Source: Mayamaea pseudoterrestris
Lineage: Eukaryota
Assembly (NCBI GenBank): GCA_027923505.1
Contig: BROI01000013.1
Coordinates: forward strand, 682,001 to 746,000
Direction: 5' to 3'
DNA: 64,000 bases
Made by a program: the position numbers and the translations under genes
Notes under the pieces: generated by a model
Told to the model about the DNA's origin: nothing
Seen by the model: only the letters and a program-made list of their open reading frames with translations
Databases searched by the model: none
Shown here: one piece after another, positions 1 to 9,563 of the stretch
Numbering within the stretch: the first letter of the stretch is position 1
Layout: every line of letters starts with the position of its first letter

Positions 1-720
1 AGATCATAAATTTCAATGCCAAAGCCTTGCTTGCGCGTCTTGATTTCTCGGTCCAGCAAGACAATGTCCGTCTGAAACAAGAGTTTAACGACATGAGTGG
101 GATAGGCAGCGTCGCATAACCAAATGCAGGGGCAGCTCCAGTGATCAAAGTCGACGAAACAGAGCATGGATGGAATGCAAGTGAATCAAGACGAGTTGCG
201 CGTAACGCAATCTGCCTCCTGGTGTTTTGCTCTAGCGGTTCAAGAGACTCTTGACGATGCAGGGCAAGATGCGTCCGCCAAGCTAGCTAGAGTAGCAGTA
301 TTTGATTACGAAATTGCCTTGACTCGAGCTCATGGTGGAGTCCAGTCATTCATACGTCGCTTGCAATAAATGATCCAAAGTAACTAAACCAGTCATGGTC
401 CATCGTTGTAACGCTCGACAATACGAATACATGGAAGCGAAACGTCGCTGGCGTTCGCGAAACGACAAACATGGCGCAGCTCTCTCTCGAGTGAAGCATG
501 CTCTCAAGTAGACGAGGACCAAAGAACGGCTCGCAAAGCCTTCTCGTCTCTTTCCGTTTCATGTTCAATAACGCTCTCCGCTCTCAGCAATAACGAGACT
601 TGCTGCTGCAGCAACTAGCGCGCGCATCCAACGCATGCGGCAACTCACCTTGAGCATGGTCTTGGCGCCAGCATCCACAACGCCCTTGGAAGCCTTTTTC
701 AGCTTGTCAAAGAGACTCAT
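1..720 (-). CDS. Hypothetical coiled-coil-type protein, 5' part (runs off the window start)
   Basis: Exon 1 720-649 (MSLFDKLKKASKGVVDAGAKTMLK), donor GTGAGT, intron 648-72, acceptor TTTCAG, exon 2 71-1 (TDIVLLDREIKTRKQGFGIEIYD...) in frame. Not in the ORF track. Confidence 0.75.
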
Positions 721-1274
721 GGTGGAATGAATCAAAAATCTATTCTTCTTGTTGCTAATGCGAGTAATGGCTGTATCGTTGGTTCGTTGATACTTGCAGC
801 GGAAGCCTTTCTGCGGTCGCCGTCGCCATGGTGACGAGAGCCGTTAATGACTGGAATTAGCGCTAGCCCTATGTAGGTTGTGCAGTTTAGCTATGTCATC
901 TTGGACAGCGACCATACTCGAGCCGATTGGTGCTGCCACCCGTAGCTCTTATCCTCTCTTCTGAAGTAATACGATACATTTGCAGCACCCATTTGAATAA
1001 AAAATAGCATGTAGGCTTTGCGTTAATGGTGAAATTTCATCTTTCAAGGCTCGGATCATCTGCATGATGAGGAGCGACCCGAGCGACCTTTTGGTCTGGC
1101 CTTTTTGACCTTCGCGCGATACCTCCTTTCGAAATAGACAGAGACAACGATTTGCTACTTGACTCTACAGCCGCCCTTGTATCGCGTGCGTATCTACGGA
1201 CAAAAAGTAGCTAGCAATATTGCAATGCCGCAAGAAAACTGCAGCTACTACAAGTATGCTCATACACATTTTAG

Positions 1275-2081
1275 TTACTCCTCCATATGCTCCTCCTCGT
1301 CATCATCATCATCTGCTTCCAGCTGCTCCTTGGCCCACGTCTTGGCATTCTCCAAAACATCCTTTGGAACATATTGATGCTCCCAATTGGTCGCTTGACT
1401 CAACCAACTCACTTCCAGTTCCAGCGGCTTGCCTTCGTTTTCCGACTGCTCCTGAAACAGCATGGTCAAAATCTTGACCGCTTGCTTGACCGCATCGCTG
1501 CAACTAACCCGCGATTCTGGCTTGTGCAGATTCAACTTTTCCAGTTCCGTCTTGGCCGCCTGCTTGCCCTTGCCGGCGGCAACTCCATAGTAAGAGTACG
1601 CTGCACCGTTCGGCTCGACCATGTACAATCCCGCTTGATCCGCATCTTGATCATGCGCCGCCAGCAGACAGGCCGCTCCAAACGGCCGCAGCGCGCCGTG
1701 CAGCGTAAAGTAGTGCACGTAGGCCGCCAATCGATCCGCCAGCACCATGGGCGCAATGGGCGATCCGTAAAACTCGTTATAGTCGAAGCATTCCTCCATG
1801 GCGCGACTCACCAACTGACGCGCGTCCGGCAAATTGCCGGTGCTCGCCATGCCAACGTGTTTGGAAACGTGGTGAATGCGCTTGTAGCTGCCCGTGCTGC
1901 TGACAACGAGCTTGTGCAAAACGGGTTTACTCACGGCCAAGACGACACCGTCGGTGGCCAAGATGCCAATCATGGTGGAGGCATTGTCGACGGCCTTGCC
2001 AGCGTATTCGACCTGAAAGATGCGGCCGTCGGGTGAAAAGGTGGAAGCGGACAAGTCGTAGCCGGATCCGCTCGATGCCAT
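1275..2081 (-). CDS. PSMA3: 20S proteasome subunit alpha type-3 (alpha7)
   Basis: N-terminal GSGYDLSASTFSPDGRIFQVEYA signature, RPFG motif, GKGKQAAKTELEKL and an acidic C-tail typical of alpha7. Intronless. Confidence 0.95.
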   Translation of the reverse strand: MASSGSGYDLSASTFSPDGRIFQVEYAGKAVDNASTMIGILATDGVVLAVSKPVLHKLVVSSTGSYKRIHHVSKHVGMASTGNLPDARQLVSRAMEECFDYNEFYGSPIAPMVLADRLAAYVHYFTLHGALRPFGAACLLAAHDQDADQAGLYMVEPNGAAYSYYGVAAGKGKQAAKTELEKLNLHKPESRVSCSDAVKQAVKILTMLFQEQSENEGKPLELEVSWLSQATNWEHQYVPKDVLENAKTWAKEQLEADDDDDEEEHMEE

Positions 2082-2628
2082 GGTGTAATAGTATTAATAG
2101 GAGATGAAGTGAAAGTGACGGAGGAGAGCTGCAAGAAACTTTAGCTAAATTCAATATTCAAGTGATCAGTAGATGACTAACAGTCAAGGCTTTGAGGACA
2201 AGAGAGTCGATGGAGAGAGTCTCTGCGAGTATGAATAATATTTGATCGAACGGATCCTTGTGGTTCATGGCGGACGCGGCAGGGAGAATCCAAGCGATGC
2301 GCGACGATGATCGACAATGCAGCGTTTCGATTGGATGATGCCACGTCATTGTAAGGACGCGGGAATGCAATTGTGTCGTATACGACAACTCGCCAATTGC
2401 GCATCATTGCTTTGTCAGGATCTTTGCTTGACACCCATCGTTCGCTCGACGCACTCATGCACATGGCCGCAAAGGCTCACGGATACACTCGATGGAAGCC
2501 GAGAAACATCGATGGAAAGGAAGCATGCTTTTGGAACGACTGCAATGATGAATAACGACACTCTGACATTTTGCTGACAAAAAACATCGAGCGCCCGCAT
2601 TTCTTGACTTGACCGCATTGACCTCAAC

Positions 2629-3759
2629 ATGAACAACGATCAGTTTGCTGCTGCGTTCATTGACAAGGTTGCCGAGGCAATGATTAGGCGTCTAGGTGAG
2701 CTCGCCATCGCCGAGAGGAATCGACCTGGAGCGCGCCCGAATGCTGCTGGACTGCCTGACGGTAGTGGAGCTGAGCAAGCGCCAAGAAATGCTGCAGTAC
2801 CCAACGAGGCAGCCGCGCATAACGCCGAACCACATGAGGAAGTAAATGAAAATGATGATTGGGTGCTGGCGGAGGCAAATCGCGCAGCTCGTCCTGTAGG
2901 TCCCCGTGCAGGAGCGCAGGCCTTGGATGCAAACGCGAACGCCGCGACAAATCGGCTGATGGATTGGATTGCTCAAGTTAACGAACAGAATCGGCCCAAC
3001 CTTTGGCATGGATTCACTGGTCGGAGAGTTTTGGAGCACATTGTGGACAGATTTCAGGACCACTTTGGCAATCCTGTTGCGCCAAACGCGCGATTTGTGC
3101 TGACGAACCTCCCCGGTGTCCGCCTTTCCGATCAATATAAGACTCGAAATGATCCTCCTGGGCCCAAATATAAGATTGATCTTAATTGCCGATACTTTGG
3201 CAATGAAGAGAGTCCATACTTTGCCCTTGACAATATTATGTTCGAAATTTACACAATTAAAACCCAGCGAGATGGACACGGAGAAACGTGGATGCACATA
3301 TACATGCGTGCGGGCCTGGCCGAAATGTTTTTTCGTGAATTTCAGATTGGCACAGACTGGAGAGTTTTATATGATGTGCAGGTGACTAAAACCGATGAAG
3401 AGCAGGGCTTGATATGCATCAGTGTAAACATGGATCCGATGATGCCCGTGACACGGCGCAGGGCTAGCCGAGATGCGGCAGGGAACATTATCGTTGGCGC
3501 CTTTGAGGACGTTCCTGACGATACTACTATCGCCGAATTTTTCGCAAACCGAAGGAACCACGCCTTGTATTTTGGAACCGCATTCTTTACGGCCAACTTC
3601 AATGTGTGTGTCCAAGGAGGAACGCCTCTTAGTGTTGACAGTTCCACGCATGTAGGTGGGCGTATAAACATGACCATGCATGGGCTGCGCATCATGGCCG
3701 TCGCTGATGGTTTTGCACCAATCAACGATCTGCTGTGGGATCCCAGGGGCGGCATCTAA
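2629..3759 (+). CDS. Orphan 376-aa protein, candidate endogenised RNA-virus (virga/tobamo-like mycovirus) coat-protein-like gene
   Basis: Long intact intronless ORF with an Ala/Asn/Pro-rich N-terminus and a beta-rich ~220-aa C-terminal domain (LPGVR..KYKIDL..FALDNIMFEI..HGETWMHIY..LYFGTAFF..FAPI). Viral similarity is recalled, not searched. Confidence 0.55.
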   Translation: MNNDQFAAAFIDKVAEAMIRRLGELAIAERNRPGARPNAAGLPDGSGAEQAPRNAAVPNEAAAHNAEPHEEVNENDDWVLAEANRAARPVGPRAGAQALDANANAATNRLMDWIAQVNEQNRPNLWHGFTGRRVLEHIVDRFQDHFGNPVAPNARFVLTNLPGVRLSDQYKTRNDPPGPKYKIDLNCRYFGNEESPYFALDNIMFEIYTIKTQRDGHGETWMHIYMRAGLAEMFFREFQIGTDWRVLYDVQVTKTDEEQGLICISVNMDPMMPVTRRRASRDAAGNIIVGAFEDVPDDTTIAEFFANRRNHALYFGTAFFTANFNVCVQGGTPLSVDSSTHVGGRINMTMHGLRIMAVADGFAPINDLLWDPRGGI

Positions 3760-4129
3760 GGTATCAGATAAATTCGTTGATCTTGACAAATTGACATTCA
3801 AAACTGGTTTTTCTGCATGGCGGCATGGCTACTTGGGGCTGCAATCATTCAATAAGTAGCTTAAGCGAATAACAATTGCATACACTTACCACCTGTATCA
3901 TTATAAGTAAGTAGGAAGCTATATGAGTCTTTGAACACATTCGCGATGGCATATTGAGACTGACTACCGGTATAATCATGGGCTTATAGTGAAGATTTTA
4001 TCGTCAGATAGGCGATCCGCAACGGCGCAAGTCTTCTTGCCCTAGAAAGGCTAGGGCTTAAAATAATGTGCAATTGCATGCTGGTAAACAAACCAGACTA
4101 CAAAAATGGCCGCAGCAAAAATCCCTTGT

Positions 4130-6681
4130 TCACTCGCCTTGCGCCTCATCATGTTGTTGCTTAAAGTCATCCATCAGCGCCGAGTGCCACAGCTCAAACC
4201 CCCAAACGTAGTGAACCTTGGAAGTACAGGCCATGATTTGAAGCGGCTGTCCATGAAGAATTGGCGCAAGTGGAATGGACCCAAGCACGCTTCCAAGCTC
4301 AATCGCAAAGGAATCAAAGTCAAACAAGTGTTGGAGAAATTCAAACGTGTAAATCTTGTCTGGATCCGTCGTCATGACTGACGAGTCTCGGCGCGTGTCG
4401 CTCTTGGCCGCGGCATAGAGGCGGTCAAAATTCTTTTTGCGATGCCTCGCTCGATGCAAGGATGACGCATTGGAGCTTGCTTCATTTAACAGCGTGTGCT
4501 CATCCACTGTCGGCTCGGCCAAAACATCATCCATGAGACCAATGCTCGCCTTGTCGGCGGCGGCATGCACCATGATGCACTGCGGCGTACTACCAAGAGG
4601 CGTCAGGCAGTGCGGGTTCTGCCCACTAATCTGAGCCTGCATTTGCGGAGCAAAAAACGAAATGACCTTCAATGCACTCTTGACGATAAACTTGGGAGGT
4701 AATCGTCCGCATGGCTTGTCAAGGTGAAAGCCAGTGAGCAAGTCTGTCCATGGTAACGCTTGCTTGAATTGGCCACGAATAACGGCTTGGTATCGACGAT
4801 TGACGCCATCAAAATAGCCTCGACTGTCGTCATAGGCATGTGGTGTTGTTCCTTCCGTGTGCCGGATTCGTAGCAGCAACGTGCCTGTGAGTTGTAAACA
4901 AAGTTTGAGAGGGCAAATCAATATGCCAATGACAACGCAACAATGCAACTCCATCAACAAAGATCCACTCATTGACACTCACCTCGAAACAGATCCGTCT
5001 CAAAGTCCGTCACTAGAGCGCGTCCGAGTGGTTCGTTGCCATTGTTCACCGGCAAGACAATGTCACTCGCTGATGGTGGTGCGGTCGCGTCAAAGCCAGC
5101 ATGCTTACTGGTCGCTTCCCTTTGCGACTGCTTCCACTCTTGATGCAGCGCGTGCTGCCACGAGTGTGGTGAATCTGGTGTCCACAAGTAGTGCTTGCTG
5201 CTACTGCTCGCGTCGTTTTGTTCCACGCCGCTGCTGCTGTTGCTGGCGCTGAAGCGAACGCCAAGGACTCGCGTCTGCGCATTGGCACGCAGCAGCAGTG
5301 GATACTGCGGCCAGGAAGGAGCGTCGTGGAGTTGCTTTGGTAGAATAGAGGACGATGTTTGCTGCGGTGACGACGCTGGTCGTAGGCTCGTTTGCGGCGA
5401 CACGTTAACATGACTTATATTTGCTCCGTCGTGCTCCTGCTGACTCCGACTCGACCTCGGCCGCTCAGTTGTATGATCCACTATCAAATCGCCAACCAAA
5501 ACCTTCTTGCCGCTGCTTTTGCTTGATACATTCAATTGCTGCACCAATACATTTTCGTGCTTGTGTTGCGTCGTTGGCGAGTTTTGACGATTGCCAATGG
5601 CACTGTTTTCACACTCGGCCAGGACATGCATTTGCTGCGACGATTCCTTTTGCCAGGCCAGGAGCAGCTGCGACGTTTCCTGTCGACCGGCGCGTAGACT
5701 GCTCGACGGAGCCACGAGGGGATACAGTAGTTGTTGCGTGTTTTGTGGCGATGTACTTGCTGCTGCGTCTTGTTGCGGCGAGTCTTGTTCGCCTTGCTCA
5801 TTGCTGCTGCTATCGGTTTCGGTATTGCTTTTCGGTGAAGCAGCCACCGCCAGGTCCATGTGACTCTGAATGACATCGGATTGGCAGTGACTCTTGTAGC
5901 GATAGAGTTTACTGGTGCGTGGTTTTGGATATTGCTCCGGCACTTGCTGCTGCAGATTGTTGCTGCGTTTATTTTCATCGTCTTGTTCATCGCTCGCCAT
6001 GGTCGTCGACATGCTTCTCGCGTGCCGACTCTTGAAAACGCACTCAATCGACTCCTGCACCGTCGGATCGTCCTTGTGCAGTCGATTGGCTTCCGATGAG
6101 GAGGATTGGTCGTCTTGGTCTTCATGCTTGATTTCCAGTTGATGCGGCTGACAGGCGCCGCATAAAAAGCGAAACGGCAAGACCAAGGCGTCTTGGTCTT
6201 CCAAATGTTCCGAAGAAGCACGAACCATGCGATTTGGGCGTGGAGGCTTGTACGCCTCGGGTAGAATGGTCACCGAGTCGTCGGGAAGAATGGTAGCAGC
6301 ATTATCAGCTGGTTCAATCGTTGCTTCTCGTCGTCGTCGTCTCCGCCTTGACGCCTTTTGAAACAGCGACAGACTCTTGTCGGCGCATTTATGCAAGCCC
6401 TTCTTCAGTTTCATGCGTATACTTGCTCGCTTCGGTTCCTGCTGCTGCATGATACTTTTGTTTTTGCTTTGTGACGTTTGTCTATTTGAAGCAATTGCGT
6501 CATTATTGATAATGGGAATACTCCGTGTACTCTGATTGCTATTGCTACTGATACTCGTAGTCGTAGGACTAGGAGCAGACTCGGGGCTAGTATCTGTAGC
6601 AATTGTCATTGTCTCGCTATCTTTATGTGCTGTATTGTACCGGTACGTCCTTGCGTTCATGATCTGAATCGCCATGGTCAA
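4130..6681 (-). CDS. Protein with long disordered N-terminus and C-terminal DUF1769 domain
   Basis: Exons 6681-4983 and 4884-4130 joined by GT-AG intron 4982-4885, giving DFETDLFRG|TLLLRIR...YFDGVNRRYQAVIRGQFK...YTFEF, the DUF1769-type pattern. Confidence 0.8.
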
Positions 6682-6913
6682 CGCTCACGAATCGCGTCTG
6701 TCCGCGGCTGCGTTCGAGACGTTGGACATGCCGGATTGCTATCTGCAAAACGTGTTAAGACAGGACTGGCGTGCACTATGTTGCGGTGCGACAGAATCTA
6801 TTTGCAGTGCGACATCTAAATTCACCGCATTGGCTCGTCGTTCGCTGCGAATCCTTTCGTAGCTGCTCCACGCTGCATATAAATCCATCGACTCCTCGTT
6901 GTTCTCTACTACG

Positions 6914-8071
6914 ATGTCTTTCATTGCAACAGATGATGGCGCGAAGCGAAAGTCAGATTCGGATAATTCCGATGAACAGCCAGCGACGACAACGACGAAA
7001 CTCGTTCGTTTGAAGCAGCCAGTTATTCCGTCGTCACTTGAAGGCGGCAATACAGCACTCGATATTGCAGAGCAAATCAAGACGACCATGCTCTGCATGA
7101 ATCGAAAGCTTGATGAAGTTGGTATTTCAAAACATATCCTGGGGTACTATGAGGGCCTTCTGCTCAATAGTATTCATAAGCGTGCCTTGCGAATTTCTGC
7201 AGGGATCGAATCGCCTTCCTCCCGTTACTCAAGCACGACGGGACGCATGATGCATCAATACAAGCAGGAGCTTCTTCAACACCTCCTATATCTGCAATTG
7301 AAACAACCGTTCACTGTTATATTCTGCTTGGGCGGGTTACAACGCCTTGCATCCTTGTCGCAGGACTTTGCAAGCGAGCTGTCAGGTTTTGCTCTTTCGA
7401 CAGTTCTTGCTCTTTCGACAGTTCTTGATGTAATTGCGACCTATCCTAGCGGATGCATTCTGCTGTGGAAAGAAATGACTTTGGACTTTCTTCGCGGTAT
7501 TCTGATTGGTCAGCGTAGAACTTTGCAGTACTTTCGTGAGGATGATGCTCCCATTGATGCCTCTGCCGGGAATGATGATCCGGAATGGAAGACACATGCC
7601 ATTGATCGTATTCTTGATACTCCTGATATGCTTCAGCTCCTTGTTGAAGTGTCTACAGGTAGTAGCTGGTACCATTTTTCAGTGGCAGATGCCATTTGCG
7701 CAAATCTGCAGCATCGGCCATCTAGTCGACATTACGGTGTCATTGCTCAGCTTACTGCTGCTGTCGCTCCGCGCTTACGGCATGCTCGCAATGAAGCGGA
7801 TGGTCAAGGTGATGCAATGGATGACGAACGTGCCAGTGATACGGAGAATGATGAGACCGGAGACTCTGGCGACGACGATCACGACGGAGATTTTGATGAC
7901 GAGACCGGCAACCCTGGCGACGACGATCAAGGTGACAATGAGGAGGAGGACGTCATTGCCGCTGTTCCTCTTTTGGGAGCATCTATTGATGGAGCGGGTG
8001 ACAACGATGCCAATGATGCAGAGAATGACGAGACCGGAGTCTGGCGAGGACGATTACGACGAAGGTTCTGA
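6914..8071 (+). CDS. Hypothetical protein with acidic repeat tail, probably frameshifted near the 3' end
   Basis: Intronless ORF from ATG 6914 with an 18-nt tandem duplication (ALSTVL x2, ~7391-7426) and DETGD(S/P)GDDD-like repeats. The last repeat lacks 2 nt at 8039/8040. Confidence 0.6.
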   Translation: MSFIATDDGAKRKSDSDNSDEQPATTTTKLVRLKQPVIPSSLEGGNTALDIAEQIKTTMLCMNRKLDEVGISKHILGYYEGLLLNSIHKRALRISAGIESPSSRYSSTTGRMMHQYKQELLQHLLYLQLKQPFTVIFCLGGLQRLASLSQDFASELSGFALSTVLALSTVLDVIATYPSGCILLWKEMTLDFLRGILIGQRRTLQYFREDDAPIDASAGNDDPEWKTHAIDRILDTPDMLQLLVEVSTGSSWYHFSVADAICANLQHRPSSRHYGVIAQLTAAVAPRLRHARNEADGQGDAMDDERASDTENDETGDSGDDDHDGDFDDETGNPGDDDQGDNEEEDVIAAVPLLGASIDGAGDNDANDAENDETGVWRGRLRRRF

Positions 8072-8445
8072 TGACGGTGAGGATGAAAATGGATTAACAA
8101 CGAGTATAAAGTGAAAGTGTAGTAGCATGGTATTGTGCTTGACCAATTCTGTAGCATACTTGAAGCTGCGCCGACGAGTGCTTGCAAAGCGCTACAAATA
8201 CACTTGCACTTCATTTCGTCCTACTTATAGGCGCGATAGCGCGCATAGCTGAACGTCGCATAGCGACTCTAATTCGCAAAAAATGCGCGCTCTCGCGCCC
8301 CGCGCCATATTAGGCCGTTTGATCACTTTGCTTTCGCTTGAGACGAGAGCAACTCATTCATTCACAGTCAAAGCGACTTGATTGACCTCATACGTGTAGC
8401 CATTCGTTGAAACAAGGACCGATTCGGACTCATTTGAAAAAAAAA

Positions 8446-8950
8446 ATGGATGGCATGATGCCTGCTGCAGAGCTGCAGATCCGTGTCGCTCCTACTCATC
8501 CACGTCACGTCAGCCATCTTCTGCCATTATTCAATATTCAAATCCCATTGATTTCGCAAACTGTCTTGAGACCACCAAGCTATGTACGCTTCGATTGCTT
8601 GGTTTTGAAGCTATAGCCGTAAACGTCAATGTATTCTACAAGGACCGAATGATTGGCGATTTGGAGCGTCGCTTCGAACGTCTACTCTCAGACGTTATCG
8701 TCACTCACGCGAATCAGCCAACGCCACGAGTCTTGCGCGCGCCTACTGCGAATGGCTACTTGGAGTACGTTGATGCCATTGGACATTGAGAGTTGCTGGC
8801 GCTATGCTGCTGTTTCATGACCAGCATTACCGCGTTTGCCGTTCGCTGCCCGAGCGTTGCAGCGTCACTGTTCTCTGCCAATACTGCTGGCAACCTTGTC
8901 GCGGGGATGGCAGGTTTACGCGAGAGCTCTTGCTGTTTCTTCACGTTTAA
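8446..8950 (+). pseudogene. Possible decayed gene with a HIRAN-like segment
   Basis: Protein-like fragments in shifting frames (VNVFYKDRMIGDLERRFERLLSDVIV; RAYCEWLLGVR*; LLFHDQHYRVCRSLPERC), broken by a GC-dinucleotide slip at ~8735 and by stops. Confidence 0.25.
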
Positions 8951-9563
8951 TTAAACGAGTATGGCAAGCGAGTCAATGCGTCAAATGGCGGCGACGGCGA
9001 TGTTGTGCGCTACGACGTTCCAACACTTTTTGGACTGCACCAGTTTCCACAATAAAAGGTGCAGGCCATTGATCGCATCATTGAAACTCCTGGACTAGTC
9101 AGTGTCATTATGGAACACGCAACAACGGGCGCGCATGGGGCCGTTTCGTTTCATTGGCGGATGAAATTTGCATGGTGTTTACGAATCCGTTTGGTCGCCA
9201 CATGACAGTCATGAATCGCTTGCATGATGCATTGTATGGGAACGAACATGGTGGCATTGCGGATGATTTACATTGGGACGATTATTCAAATGATGATGAT
9301 GTTGATGATGAGTGTGATGACTGAGATTTAATCGAAATGTCGTCATCGAGACGATTCAAACATTGTGCCATTACTACATCATGTCTCTGATAGATTAGTA
9401 TATATGCATTACTAGGGTTTCCGTAGTATTGCGTAGTATAGCGCAGTCGATGGGATACTATAACCAGATTATATGTATAAATGATTCCTTTACAACAACA
9501 CCTTCCATAAATTTAGCCGCTGCGCCAAACCTTGCCGATTTCGCAGCCCACTCCTTTCTACTA

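Noticed and set aside
545..625. GCUGAGA...UUGAACAUGAA on the minus strand inside the long intron, superficially TPP-aptamer-like
   Set aside because: No workable P4/P5 pairing or GCG/AGGG 3' half, and the host gene has no evident link to thiamine.
1287..2036. Long antisense ORFs over PSMA3 and many other genes (e.g. 17934-18857, 53291-53941, 59032-59724)
   Set aside because: Shadow ORFs from codon bias and low complexity; no protein-like features.
2692..3801. Codon-aligned antisense frame of the orphan ORF has only two stops (ambigrammatic narnavirus-like)
   Set aside because: Host genes here show the same avoidance of TTA/CTA/TCA, so it is not distinguishable from background by eye.
4039..4057. 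GCCCTAG-AAAGG-CTAGGGC hairpin between convergent genes
   Set aside because: A 7-bp stem is expected by chance; eukaryotic context, so not a Rho-independent terminator.
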